Source of the DNA: Eledone cirrhosa
Taxonomy: Eukaryota
Assembly: GCA_964016885.1 (NCBI GenBank)
Contig: OZ024745.1
Location: 39,308,001-39,372,000, forward strand
Direction of reading: 5' to 3'
DNA: 64,000 bases
The position numbers and the translations under genes are program-made. The notes under the pieces were generated by a model. The model was not told where the DNA came from, searched no databases, and saw only the letters and a program-made list of their open reading frames with translations. How positions within the stretch are numbered: the stretch's first letter is position 1; each line of letters opens with the position of its first letter. Of the stretch, positions 32,654-48,512 are shown piece by piece.

Positions 32654-32845
32654 TGCATGTATGTATATATACATACTACTGTACGTCTGTATACATATAT
32701 GTATGTACGTATACATACTTATATTTAAGTAACAGCCGTACTAAGAGTGAGAAATGAAATTTCGTTTCATTTTTTCACGTTTATATATATATATATATAT
32801 ATATGCATATATACACACACACACACACACATATATATGTATAAA

Positions 32846-33552
32846 TGTTACCGACTTTCTCATTTCCTGGAGGAAAAAGCCTCGTCTAATATCAAAGCAA
32901 AATGACAAACGGTTATATGCAGGTCCCTCTGATGTCCCCCTACAGTGAAGCTTAACATTTGTTATTCCCCTTTAATTATTTAAGAGTGTTCAATCCTGTG
33001 GTTCATATTATGCCACCTGGAATGTTTCCAGGGTGGACTAGAATTACTTGAGGCGGCAATGTCCCGGTTAGGTTTAAGCCCGAATTAGATAAAGTACGCA
33101 GAAAAAGGCTACGCCTATACCGAAAGCCTCTGGTAGTCTCCTTCTCTCGGATAGCCTGCCACTATAACTATCTCTTTCTCGCTTCCTCTTACTTTCACTC
33201 ACTCTCTCTCTGCTAGTCATCCTCTCTCCGCTAGCTCACTTCCTCCCTCTTCTGCCACTGTACGCAGCCTCTTATCTCGCTATCACGGCTACAGCGAAGA
33301 CGTGACTTTTTCTCACTCGTCAAACTCGCCAGTTTTACGTTCGAAATGAGATGTTCACTTGATATTTTTCCTATTTTTCCTCTCTTTACGTTGCTTCACC
33401 CTTCGTCTGTTTACACGCCCCCATGTTTATCCCAATAACATATTTTAGTTATTGTTCGCCCTAGACTGAGGTATCTTGTCTCTAACGCGAAGAAATACCT
33501 ATGGTTCCTAGCAGACAACTGACGATGGATATCCTCTTTTTCGCCCGTAACT
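32846..33552. mobile_element. Possible solo LTR
   Basis: GC-richer ~700-bp block bounded by TGTTAC...GTAAC(T), with a pyrimidine-rich interior. No TSD seen. Confidence 0.4.
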
Positions 33553-33564
33553 CGTATTGTTCAC

Positions 33565-33610
<46 letters not shown>

Positions 33611-36110
33611 GGCATATATGTATATATGTAGGTTTGTCTATGTGTGCCCGTGTATAAGCAGATGTTTGTATATTGCTCACTATTATAATGAAATAAATAT
33701 TACATAACACGGCTAAAATTGAAATATCAAAATGAAATGGAATGTAAGTCCAAACGCAATTTTGTAGAAAAAAATATTTTGTCTAAACTCCCACATTGGC
33801 CAATAAATAGTTGCAACTTCACTTCGTTGTCACATTGCACCTGATCGTTCATTTCACACTTATTTTTCACCAAAATATCGTCATTGATGTAGTAGCGGAA
33901 GATATAAAGATATAACAGAAATCAAGTTTAATGGGCAACGGCAAGTTTTTGGAAGGATGCCAAGTCTTAACGGAAACGAACTTTGATCGATGTCTTTCTA
34001 CGTCAAAACTGATCACTGAAAGCTATTAACAGAGAGAACTGAGTTAAGAGCAATTTCACAAGGGGATATTTTGTTGCCAGTTGACACTATGTAACAAATT
34101 CGCTTAAAATGCTGATATAGACATCATCTCGAAGTTATCATCACCATTTATTCTCTTTCCCGCTCAATCTCTCAATCTCCATCCTCTTTCTTTTCTTTGT
34201 CACGTTTTCTCTCTCAAGTGACTCATTTATCGTAATTAGGAATTATAGTGCCGTCATCAACAACATCCAGGAAAACATTAACGGAAGCAACATTCCTATC
34301 AGGAAAATATCTCCAGAAAAAAAAGACACTATGGTATTTACAATGAGATATAATAAAGCATGCGTTTGAAATAGATCAATTTCCATTCATGACAGCCTAC
34401 TAAAACGAGTACTGCAGATACTTAGATAACTTTCATATGCACTAAATGCCAGATACATTTCAAATTTGTCAGAGAGGTATACATTAGGATATAAAACATG
34501 TTAAATAGGGGTGTAGCGTGTGGTATATATTTATGTGTTAATCACCACTGTAATAGCCATTGATACCGAGATAGCTAGTTATAATGATGGCCGCTATCCA
34601 CCCACATATAATCCTGGGCCTAGTACCTGTGAAACAGTGGATTCTGCTCGTGAGAATGAAGCCATTGGACCCAAGTAAATATATTATATTAGGTGTGAAA
34701 TTTGCAAATACGAACAGAATAGAGGAGCGTATGGCTGTCGAAGTGCGAGTAGTGTGATGTTGGTCTGTATATAACTACATCATCAATTCATTTACTGACA
34801 CGTGACTGTTTTGTGAAGAATATTTATGTTGATACAATGGGAAAATGTTGAAATTTGAAAGAGTCCAACGTCCAGAGCTCTCTATGTAGATGCTGTCAAG
34901 TACACATATTTTCTACAAAAAAATAATCCATCAATATTTCACTGCCACCTATGTATTACGATTTATCTATACAGTATCATGTACTGTTTTAAGTCATAAG
35001 GCTATGTATTATTATTTCTTTGGATGCTCAATTTGCTGTCGTGTTGACTGGTGTGCTTCTTTCCAACAGGTTGTTGAGAAGGTTCTACGCTCAGGTTTCA
35101 CTGCCTCGTTTGTTACACGGGTATATACCAGCGAACATAATTAATATACCGAATCCAATACGACCAAATGCAGGGTTTTTAATCTCGGGAGTACTATTAG
35201 ACCTCGTCCCACTCGTATTAAAGCATATCTCAATATACAAGCATTTTCTTCAAGAAACATTTAGAAAAATGCAAAAAAAAAAAACAGTAACAAAGACAAC
35301 GCAGTTAATATTGAAAGGGAAAGGAGCCTGGGCAAGCTTAGAATGAAGGATCGCTTATCAATATTTAGGCTAAACCCACAAATGAACAAATTATTAAATC
35401 TCAGCAAGCAATTCTTAACATAAAGCATGGATACGTACCTTCTGACATAATAACGCACACAGGCATAATAGCCAACTCTAACAGACAATAATAACTAGAC
35501 ACACAGAATGTGCCATATATATACACGTATACACAAATCCAAACATATATACAGCAGTGTGTTAATTGGGGACTATGGCAATGATAAATGGACGGGATAC
35601 TTCGGAATAAGTTGAAAGCGACAAATATGTTGATGTGCCAACCGTAATTCTCTTCACCTGTCCTAATATATCGAGTATAAAAATCCTTTGCATGAAGACT
35701 TTAATAAGAAACTGGGGCGGAGTTCATATTTTTGTTGTCGTTACCAGGTTGCCATTTTTCTTTCTTTGTTTATAAGTGGCGGTCTCTTTATAGTTGCCGG
35801 AAATGACGGGCCTAATGTCGTCTGTGCGTGTGTGACTGTCTCTGTCAAATTTTGTGTGCTTTTGTTTACGTTTATTTTTCATGGGAATTATTTTTTTCGA
35901 TGCAAATGTTGTGTTAAATTGCAATTGATTGAATAGTTTAGCTATTCTGAGTTAAGCTATGTTTGAATTTATGTATACGTGCATGTATATAGGAAATGGT
36001 GTCTATCTAGTTATTAGTGTCTGTTAGCGTTGGATATTATGCGGGTGTGCGTTATTATGTCAAAAGTTTACTTGTACCCGCTTTTATGTTAAGTATTGCT
36101 TTCTGAGTTA

Positions 36111-37044
<934 letters not shown>

Positions 37045-37879
37045 TGTGCGTGTACGTGTAGGTGGGTCTATGTATGTGTGTGATGTATATATCTACTTAT
37101 GTAAAGTAGAAAAAATATATATCAATACTTAGATTGTAGGATACTATTTTATGGAGTTTAGTTTGCATATTCCAGTTTCCTAGCGTAACATTTTCTCTTG
37201 TTATGTTTCCTTTATAACTGAAAGTATCTTACGAATAAACATTTTTTTCTTTCTCATAAATAATTTCAAACATATATTATGTCGTCTATAGCAAAGAAGA
37301 ATTTTTTCAAATGTATATTTTTTGTGAGTTTCTGTGAAACCATAGCGTTTTTTTGTTTTGGCTTATTTCTGAAACCGGTAACAAGCAAATCTATTCATAT
37401 CCATTACATACATTTTTTCGCATATCTTGCTTTTTTATACAGACGAGTGTCTAATATTACCATTCTATTTAATTTCTACACTACATCAACGTTACAGTTA
37501 TCTTCATAGCTGGAATATAGTTATCATAGATATGATGTTTTACCCACCAATATAAAAAGGCATAAGACATAGTATTGATGAGAATTGATGATTAGCTTCT
37601 CAGATATTGCCTAAATGTTAAACCAGAGTGAATTCAAGCATGGGAAAAAGATGTCTAATGATGATGATGTACTCCAAATCCACTTCCATGGTATATTAAT
37701 CCATCCAGCCCATGCGTAAATGCATTCAAAGATGGTCATTCTTCAGTTCACGCCAAAAGCAGCCAGTCAAGCTTGTAGAATGTTGTGCTGCTGTCACACA
37801 AACAAGAAGGAGTCAGTCCTTCCAGTAATTCGTGAGTGAGATTACCGCAGCAACAAAAGCACACCTCCACCCTCTTATC

Positions 37880-38196
37880 CAGTTGATCTTGGTCCACGAC
37901 AAAAAGCACACAGTCCACCATATTCTAAAGTGGTCTTGGTAACGCCACAGTGAGGATCACTCAATGTTAATGGTGATACCACGAAAAAGCCCTAAGTACA
38001 TTATATAATGTGCTGGTGTTATGAAGCGTATCCAACTGGTGCACTTCAAGCCAAACACATACCGTATCATCAAGACACATTCACTTGGCATTACAAGTCC
38101 CATAAACTGACAACCCGTCTATCCGTTACAAGCATCAGTAATAGATGTTACACAATGATGATGATTATGATAATGATGATGATGATGATGATGATG
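37880..38196 (+). mobile_element. Diverged SINE-like repeat with (GAT)n tail
   Basis: ccacgaaaaagccctaagtaca...gaagcgtatccaactg...caacccgtc...agcat...gatgtt followed by (GAT)n. Resembles a common cephalopod SINE 3' end. Confidence 0.45.
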
Positions 38197-41100
38197 CTGG
38201 TATAGTTAAAAGTAACTAAAATAACATTTAGGATGTCATATTGTTATATATTATAGCTGTTATTTCTAATATAACGGTGGAAATTATGCACATTCTGCGA
38301 GTATGTTGTTATTTCTATGATTTTGACGAGAATACTTAGACACTGGGTTCTAACGTTATAATATATGATACAGTAACAATTTTTTCATAAAATATAAAAT
38401 GATTTTTTATAAAATATAAAATGAAACGTGTGGTAATTTGTAATCAAAATTTGACAGAAATTATATTCAATTGACCTGGATACTCAAAGTCATGGGCATT
38501 ATTAAACGAATTAAAGTTAGCGAGGTCGGCTTTTACACGTACCACCATTCGTCTGATGACCGAATGAAGAATCTTGCGATTCAATGAACCACCACCTGTG
38601 CGATATATAAATATTTAATATATTTAATATTTAATATATTCAAGTTCAATATATACATACCTCACATTTTTACTTGACAGTCATAATGCCCAACGGGGAA
38701 TCCAATTATTGAAAGTGTTTTTAATGCTAGTTAATTTCCTTGTTTTAATCTAATACTAATGAATTTATATTTCTGGTATTTTGGTTTAAATCCATTTTTC
38801 AGTACCAAATAAACACTATTTCAAAGATCATTTTATGTATGTTGATTCCGATATGTGCCTTAGCAGTTTTATATCAATTTCAGTTTTCAATAGCGGTGTC
38901 TACTAATACTCTTAAAGTCAATTCAGATGCTCACCTTTATGTTGCCACAAAGTGTTAGGTATTCGCTAGCCCTCATTTCATCAAACACTTTTCAGTCATG
39001 ATACGAGTACATATTTCTATGCATATTTAGTTAAGATACACACTACTTTGTATTCCCTCCCTTTCATAATACAAAAGCGTCTCATACGAGTTTATTTGAT
39101 TTTTCCTAATCAATTCTCTGCGTTTAAATGCAACTTACGCACGTACCCATTTATTTAACGTTGCGGTGCGTGTAACGGATTAGCTAAATATAGAGCATTT
39201 CGTGGCAGGTAATTATATTCTCAAAAGAAGGGAAATTTTAACTGTTAGAATTTTAAATGTATGCGTAAAGAAATGAAAGTTATACCACTAAGGATTTGGC
39301 GAGTTATCTGTTGAAGTTTCCGTTTAAGTATGGTATATTTTGAGTGCTGTGGAACAAGATCTACACGAACGTAGATGATTCCAGTAAACTGTGTTTTTTC
39401 ATGGAAATTGACTTTACGAACTATTTTACAAACCATTTTTGCACCGTAACACTTACCACTTACCTCCTCACCTTTTTTTTCTTTTGCTACACATAATAGC
39501 TATTTCTTTGTAGATAGCAATTGTTGTAAGATATGATTGCAAGCCGTCAAGAGCTGCCATAATATTGCTAATTGAAGCATTTATTTTCATTAAGATTGTT
39601 GTTTATTTTCGTTGTTATCAATGAAATGTGTTGATACCAGACAGTATTTTTAAAGACCTGAGTCTTGAGAAAACAACTAAGCTTTAGATGCAAATAATTC
39701 AACTGCCAATCCTATCACACCTCGTAATGGGGGTCACTCATATCTTAACATTTCTTAATACATTTCAATGATATTGCCAATGATACTGTCAATCAACGAA
39801 GCAATATGTCATATTTATACGTAGGTTTCTTACTACATACAATAATCAGAAAGTTAGGTGAGAGAGTGCTGATTTAATTAAAGTAGAGAAGAAAACATTT
39901 GCAATTAAACAATAATTAACTTTCAAGGCAGGGATATGGAGGCAGACGCAGACTCAATGACTCACGTTAATCGTATTCGTCTGTTTGAACTTCTTGTATT
40001 ACATTTCACCGACAAACACACGCTACTGCTTTTAATTCATTATTTTGTTTCTGTTTTTTTTTGGTTTTTGATTCTGATATTATACTACATAATGAAATAT
40101 GTGGAGGGGAATGAGGCAATAACGACGAAATGTTAATTAATTAAAATTTCACATGATCGGTGAACTTTTAAATGATTACGACGCAATGTAATATCAAATT
40201 AATTGGGTATATTGTAAAACAGTGTGTCATGTTTCCGGCTTATTATACCACGTTAGTGTAACACAATCTTGAATAGTACTGGATAGCGTTATTAATATGA
40301 ATGCAGTGAACGTATTTTCGGGATATTCTCATGAAAAGCCCTCACAAAAAAATCACATTAAATACATTATCTATTGAAGCCACCCACCTCAAGCCTTATT
40401 TCAGTGAATATGAGATCATTATGCAGAGATTGTGACATGTGATATTTGCGCTGTGGAAGATACCAAATATAACTGTATATATCACTATCCATTATAATTT
40501 GTATCACGTTGCTTTTATTTTACATTTCGTTGTTAAACTCATAAATATATAGGATTTGAATCCTTCACAGTGCATCCGAGGTGGTGTGTACTTTATACTA
40601 ATTCTAAAACTGTAAAGAAGAGATGGGTACTTTACATTTTATCAGAATATTTCTAGCATGGAATTTGTTTTAACTAAATTAGCAGCTTCTAATATATCCC
40701 TAATTTGTATATGGTTGAGTTGTTTAAATTTCGCTATGAACCTCATAATATAGATTGGAAAGCTGTTGATATTCCTAATCATGGATGAGGTCCACTTTAC
40801 TTACTCAAAGCCATGAATGACATTTCATATAAATTTGGATCCGGTTCACGGTAGACATTTCGCTTGTTGTTCCTAAAGTGTGCCTAGCATAACGCTATTC
40901 TCTCATGACCAGCAGTAGAATCATCATTCTTAATTAACAGATTATTGCCTATATACTCAACATTTAAAACTTGTTATAAGGGTTTATCATATAGTATAAG
41001 ATATAGAGGTCGATTACTCTCATCCCCTGACATAAAACTATGGAAGAAGATTTTTTACAAGTAGTCCAATTTCTAATGCATATCAGCGTGGAATATCAAA

Positions 41101-43312
41101 TGAATGTCCCCCTTTCTTCCACTCCGTAGATGCTTGTTCCATTAGATAGCCTCACATCAACACCACACTTTGTTAACAACCAAAACACCTAAAAGTAACT
41201 GGAACGGAAAAAACAGTATCTAATATCCCTTATGATGTCATCTGAATGAATGTGTATGACTATTTTCTTTTGCTTTGTATTTTACAATTGAAATAATATT
41301 CAAATATATTTTTTGTGAAAGAGTAAATTAGTGAGAATGGTTTCGTTTTATGTAAAGATGTACTGAACTAAGATCTTTCTAGAATTACCAATATCTTGTT
41401 ATTAGAGAGAGGAAATATATATATGTGTGGATATGGTCAATCAGAAAGCCGCCTTATGCCGCTATGTATTATTTAATTACTTTTGATTTCCCGCAATACC
41501 TATTTATCTAAATATATATCTACACCTATTTATGCATACCTTATCTACCTATATAACAGCCAATCCTTTTACCGATTTAAGTATCCAGCTATCGACCTAG
41601 CATAATCACGGTCTCTCTAAATTATACTTTTCCAAAGTCTCTGGATCTATATATAAATATGATTAAAAGCCTTTGATATTAATAAGGGTAACCTTGATGG
41701 TTAATTGCTTTTTTATTACTAGAATCATTTAATACAAAATCACTTTTTAATGCATGTATGAATATGTACACACATATCAATAGGTATGCGCTTGTGTATT
41801 TATGTAAATGACGAGGTTTGTATTTTAGGATATAGCATGCATAGAATTGAGATGAAAATGGGTCATATGTTTTCATATAGGTTTCAATATAAATAAAAAT
41901 ACACGTTTGCTCTCATATCTGAATATATTCGAAGATCATAATAAGCCATAGTGTTGCTGTTGGTAGTATTAGTGGTTAAGTAAATCGAATTATCATAGTT
42001 TGGCACCCAAGCAATTTTGAATTTGCTTCTATCTCTATCATTGTCCACATTTGTCTATTTATCTACGCTACAAAGTTACGCCACAAAGTTACACAAATAT
42101 ACCTTTGCTCACGTTGTTACACTTTTTGTACAGAGAGAAAATTGCAGTTTAAAGGTAATAAATTAATTTTTTTACAGAGATATGACATAGAGCTCAGAAC
42201 AATTACATCAAGTCAAATAAAAAAATTGTGTATATTGAAGATGATATTTACCTTAAAAATGAACATGTCGCTATAAACAGAACTATTACAAAAATTAAAA
42301 CGCATTTTTACCACTGCAAGGCTAAAATCGTGTTAACCGAAGCATCTCCGATTATCCATATTTATCATAATGCAATGTAATTCATTTAATAATTTGTCAC
42401 ACATTTTTTTGTTATTTACATTGTGCGGATATTTAAGAATTGAAGGATTGTATGTATACTACAACTAGCAACGGTTTATTAATAGAAAAGCATCCGCTGG
42501 GGTTCGGTGAGAATTGTTTTTTGCTTCCCTAAGTTTCAAGTTTGTAACTAATCTTGCCTCCAAATCACGCGTAATGTTTTGAGAACTTTCCGTTTCCCAC
42601 AAATACGTAGTTTACTTTCATAGAAATGCGTTGCCCTTGTCCAAGATGTTTTGTATTTTCAAAGAATCTGACCTCCGACCCAGTCGGAAATATTTTTAGA
42701 TTCTTCATTCACACACGCGAAAAAGCCAGCATAAACACATCCCAAACGTACATGCTACAGTCTTAAAATATGTTTCCTTTCCTTCATTGTTGCATATAAT
42801 TTCAAGGAAAATCATCACGCAACCAATAAAAACATAAAATGTAGCGGTGACTGATCATTTGTAAATTCATATCATTGACTGGAAAAATCGAGTGTTCTGT
42901 GACAATATCACATTACCACAACTACTTTTTTAAACTACTATGGCAATACATCATACCTGAGATTCTCTCGACTCACTCAGACACTATTATATCACATACT
43001 TTGGACTCACTGATACACACAAAAAATACCCGCTACACACACATACATATACACGCACAAACATATATATAGCGTATCTCTTTCCGGCTAATCCACGTAG
43101 ATTATTTGCATGCAGTTCACTCTGCTACCCTCCCTTCTACTTTATCTACTTTATCGTTTAAATTATAAAATGTATCTGGTATATATTGTTACATACATTT
43201 AATATAAAACATACATCATTTGATACATTACAAGTAACACTTACTTATATTCATCTCCTCCATATATCTATGTATCTGTATATCTATCTTTCCCCAGACA
43301 CACACACACACA

Positions 43313-43425
<113 letters not shown>

Positions 43426-44062
43426 GCGTGTGTGTATTCACTACTTACACGCACTTATAACAAAACACTACAAATATACAGACATATAAACACATTTACA
43501 CACATACACTCCCACACAAAAAAAGAATGTATCGATGTTTTGACTGAGTGACGGTTATAACTGCAAGGGCCTGTTTTATCATCTCGAAGTTTGAACCCGC
43601 CGACATAGATGAATAGATAGAACATTTCAAACTATAGATATTAATAGAAAAACTCCTTCTGTGGTTCGGTGAGAATTTGTTTTTCAATTATATATATATT
43701 CGGTTCTGTCTCTACGTTAGTCTGCCGAACAAACAGGCACAGATATATATTGGTGTTTATGGGTATGTGTTTACACGTTATGTGGATAATCTTCTGTGTC
43801 CTTGTTAAACCTTGCTGAGAATGTCTAATTGACTGGTATACGTATATAGTTGATCCATGCCTGGAAACTATGATACATTTATTTTCTTTTAATCATAAAT
43901 TGATTTTGAAATTAAATCCTTAAATTATCAAATGATCTATTTTCCTCCATACGACGCAATGTTCACTGGATTACTTAATTGAAATAATAGGATCATTTCA
44001 AAAACCTTTAACGCTCATCGCCTTCTATAAACATTCAACCCTTTGAAGAATATATAGATATA

Positions 44063-45415
44063 CTAGCAGTAAAGCCCGGCGTTGCTCGGGGTCGCTCAGT
44101 AGCTGTGTTAAAGTTACAATGTTAAGTTTCTTTCTTGGCTTAAAAACTGTAGTGTATACTGTGCAGACTTGCATGTGGTGTTTTTGATTAATATTCCCTC
44201 AACCAACAATATGCCTTATGAAGTTAAGAAAACATAACGATAACCCGAATGTTATAACAAAAGAGGATGCTGGGGATAGAAACTGCACTGGTTATGTATT
44301 AACAAAGATCGAAAATGTAAACACTGCAACGCAGAGAAAAACATTAGCGTAACCAAATTATCAGTTATGTCTGTCTGCACGCCTATATCACCTCTCTGCA
44401 CGACTGTCTGTCTGCACGCCTATATCACCTCTCTGCGCGACTGTCTGTCTGCACGCCTATATCACCTCTCTGCACGACTGTCTGTCTGCACGCCTATATC
44501 ACCTCTCTGCACGACTGTCTGTCTGCACGCGTATATCACCTCTCTGCACGACTGTCTGTCTGCACGACTGTCTGTCTGCACGCCTAACGACGAAATATTT
44601 GCTTGTTTTACGTAGTCTTTAACTAGACTTGTTTTCAAGTAAAAATATTGTTTTAAAATGCTTTTAAATGGAAATGAAGCAAAACGAAAGCTTAGTGTTC
44701 GAACTGATAAATTTTACAGGTATGCCTTATGAAGTTAAGAAAACATAACGATAACCCGAATGTTATAACAAAAGAGGATGCTGGGGATAGAAACTGCACT
44801 GGTTATTTATTAACAAAGATCGAAAATGTAAACACTGCAACGCAGAGAAAAACATTAGCGTAACCAAATTATCAGTTATGTCTGTCTGCACGCCTATATC
44901 ACCTCTCTGCACGACTATCTGTCTGCACGCGTATATCACCTCTCTGCACGACTGTCTGTCTGCACGACTGTCTGTCTACACGCCTAACGACGAAATATTT
45001 GCTTGTTTTATGTAGTCTTTAAATAGACTTGTTTTCAAGTAAAAATATTGTTTTAAAATGCTTTTAAATGGAAATGAAGCAAAACGGAAGCTTAGTGTTC
45101 GAACTGATGAATTTTGCAGGTCAATATTTTGCTGGCTCGACAACTGTTAAAGCCAGCGTAATTTTTTACGTAAGACGCTCAATGTAAACAGAACAAAGGG
45201 AAATAACTGATAACTTATTCTCAAAAATCGATACATTATATTCGATTTCGTCACATAGGGTGGGTCAATTTGAAATTTTTTTTTTCCGATGTCTTCGCTA
45301 GGGCTCAATGTACAAGTATAGCAATTTCGGTGCAATTCCGTGAGAGATTCTAAGAGGAGATGTGTGCCAAAAATCGATAGACAGACAGACACCCACAGTT
45401 TTATATATATATAGA
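44063..45415 (-). mobile_element. Complete non-autonomous Helitron
   Basis: Minus strand: A|TCTATATATATAT...(TGTC)n...CCCGAGCAACGCCGGG hairpin (44075-44090)...CTAG|T. Canonical 5' TC, 3' hairpin plus CTAG, A/T insertion site, no TSD. Confidence 0.9.
44210..45120. repeat. Tandem duplication (511 + 400 bp), each unit containing a 37-bp minisatellite
   Basis: Units 44210-44720 and 44721-45120. Minisatellite tgtctgtctgcacgcctatatcacctctctgcacgac has 5 versus 2 full copies (difference 111 = 3x37). Confidence 0.9.
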
Positions 45416-46062
45416 TGAGATTCCACCAGTGCGAAATTACATCATAATCAAGTATTGATTAGTTTTATTTTTTAAAAACGCACCTACCAATTTGGCTGAA
45501 TGGAAATAATATAGTACGGGTAATAATTATCAATATTCATAATGAATAATGACTCAATGCCACACTTTTTGAAAGCACTAGTATTTTTTATGTGGGTATA
45601 GTCATTTTACTACTACATCTAAAGGAGTACGTCGTAATACAAAATCATGCCCGTTCTTATTGATGTTCTTAGTGAGTGAGCGGTTAGAGACATGTTTTCA
45701 TGATCGTAAACGTTATAGTATCGATCAGTAACAGAGAAGACCAAGGACGGTGTCCCAGCATGGCTTCAGGCAGATGGCTGGAAAGGTAAAATATTAAAAG
45801 AGTACATAGGAGTGAAAGTTAGTAAAATCAAAATTGCGTCGCTCCGCCAGCATTCACGATAGAAACAATATAAGCATTCGGAGCTTTGCCTGAAGCGCTC
45901 AACAAGAAGATACCGATAAATCGATAAGTTACATCATAGAGTAATAAATATACCTTAAATGGCGTGACAAATTGAAAACAGTGGTTAAGGGGACAAAGCC
46001 ACAGAAAACACCACAACAACGAAAAAAAATACTGGTTAAATAACAATATATATATATATATG

Positions 46063-46106
<44 letters not shown>

Positions 46107-46115
46107 CTGGTTAAA

Positions 46116-46172
<57 letters not shown>

Positions 46173-46326
46173 GTAAAATATATTTTTTCCTTTATTTTTT
46201 CTCTTTTTTGTGGGTTGGAAAATGTTTAAAACAAAGTATTTTACGTTGTGTGAAGTGTTAAGGTATTAGTTAATTTATTTATTAATTAACAATGCAATTT
46301 ATTTATTTATTTACTTATATTATTTA

Positions 46327-46368
<42 letters not shown>

Positions 46369-46418
46369 TATACATATATATGTATATACACACGCACGCA
46401 TACACATATACACATATG

Positions 46419-46454
<36 letters not shown>

Positions 46455-46489
46455 CGTACTGCCGCTCTGTTTTGTTCCCATTCCAATGT

Positions 46490-46549
<60 letters not shown>

Positions 46550-48063
46550 CATGTGTGTGTATACACAGGCTTATATACCGTTTTATTGGTATCCACCTTT
46601 CAGCTGGTAAATTTGCATCATATTTTGAGTATGTTCAAATAGATGTACTTTGAAACTTATCGAAATATTATTATTTCATATTGCATTACAATAAAGTAGA
46701 AAAGCTTTTCCCAATGGCAATGTATGAAGTATTTTCCCTGTTTGCTAACCGCATGCTATTATATATATGAATTTCCATTATTTAGATTAATATCAGGATT
46801 GGTTTCATCAGCAGCTGAAATAGTATTATTTCTATCCCTTGAAAGGAATGGACAAGTGACGTATTGCATATTACTATTTCGTGTGTCACATACACGTGAA
46901 CTAATCATCATGAAGGTTAACTATTTATTGTTAAGAGTTCACATGGTTTCCTTGTAATTTATAAAAGCGAAGCGTCGTCTTTTTTATCAGAGTATCTCCA
47001 CAGCAAAGCAATAGTTGTTCTTTGATGTATAAACATTTATTGTATCAAGCAATTCAATTTGTTTCAACATATTCAACTGTTATCCCTTCAATGTATAATG
47101 TAGATTCGACTGTTTAGATCCTATTTTCAGCTGACTTCTACGTAGAAAAGCCAACAAATAAAGCAACATGTACATATATTCACTGATGCAAGTAGTTATC
47201 ATCTATGAATACGCTTGTTAATATTATCCGATCTAAAGCAATTTAGTAATGTTTATGTTCAATGTATTTGCATATATATACAAAATCACACATGCACATA
47301 TGCTGGTGTGTGTGTGTGTATATATGTATATGTGCGTTAGTGTATCTTAATATATATTTCCAAAATTAACTGCATACCCAACTAATTTCTTATTCCTTAT
47401 ATACATATATACTGTTATGTTAATATTTAACTTTATTCGCAGTTATATACGTAGGTATGTAGTCTCCCATCACATTACGCAGGGAAAATGTGAACTACCG
47501 GATATACGCATCCATACATACATCATCCTTCTCAATCTCTTTCTTCCTAAAGCCACATCAACCCCATTAAGATAAAACAATCAGCATGCTAGACGTTTAC
47601 CACACACACATATATCACATATATCAAAACTCTCCATCTCAGTTCTTATCCTCTATCTACCTATCTACTCCTTCCCCATCCTTTAGCCATACCCCTTATG
47701 TCTCATCCTCGTATCTCTTCCCCTCTCACTAACATTTTAATTTATCATATTTAATCTTTTATCTGCCATTTGTTACTATTCTTATTTTCTAATCTAAAAG
47801 TCTGAGATTTAACCACCACGTATACATGTATGTATTTGATGTTGTTGTTCATGTTAGTATTATCTTTACACATACACTTATTCCCACCACTAGTATCAGC
47901 AATCGCATTCTGTACTTATTAGTTTTTATTTCTTATTTTTAGCAAATTAACCATCTTCTATATATATTCTTTATCTCTTTATCATTTTCTTTTATTATTG
48001 ATGTTATTGTTTTGAATTTCCGTTGTATCTCTATATATGCCAATGCCATATGTAAAACCTCCA

Positions 48064-48174
48064 GTATTCCGATGATTTGATCAGAGGTAAACACTGTATT
48101 TAAGGTCCAGTGACGCAACTTCGAGTGATTAGCGGCTTTTAGACACACCTGATCAATGAAACAATTGTTAATAC
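48064..48174 (+). ncRNA. Hammerhead-like motif with long stem II (solo pLTR remnant, ~47400-48225)
   Basis: gtatt CCGATGA t ttgatcag...ctgatcaa t GAAA caattg TT aatac, followed by aataaa. U4 is replaced by C. Confidence 0.6.
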
Positions 48175-48395
48175 TTGAAATAAACCCTTTTTGTACAGCC
48201 GACCATGTTATTCTTCATTCTTTATATATATATAATTTTAAGGTTGTGGCCACCATCATACACGTAGCCTCAGCAAAAACAGAAGGAAATATTCGACAAT
48301 ACTATCCATCGCTATATATCTTTACTATTTGATATTTTTGGATGCCATTTGCAGATACACACACACACACATACACACATACACAAACACACACA

Positions 48396-48512
<117 letters not shown>

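Larger units (their letters stand above)
31935..32780 (+). mobile_element. Fold-back element family E: ~240-bp inverted arms, duplicated 3' tail
   Basis: 31935-32178 is inverted at 32347-32590. The tail at 32190-32298 recurs at 32665-32780. Homologous to 56264-56995. Confidence 0.85.

Noticed and set aside
38545-38585. CTGATGA motif (also at 22030, 45104 and 59400)
   Set aside because: No correctly placed GAAA, stem III and stem I.
44367-44615. Regular 37-bp repeats resembling a CRISPR array; 82-aa ORF
   Set aside because: No unique spacers; a minisatellite inside a Helitron in a eukaryotic context.
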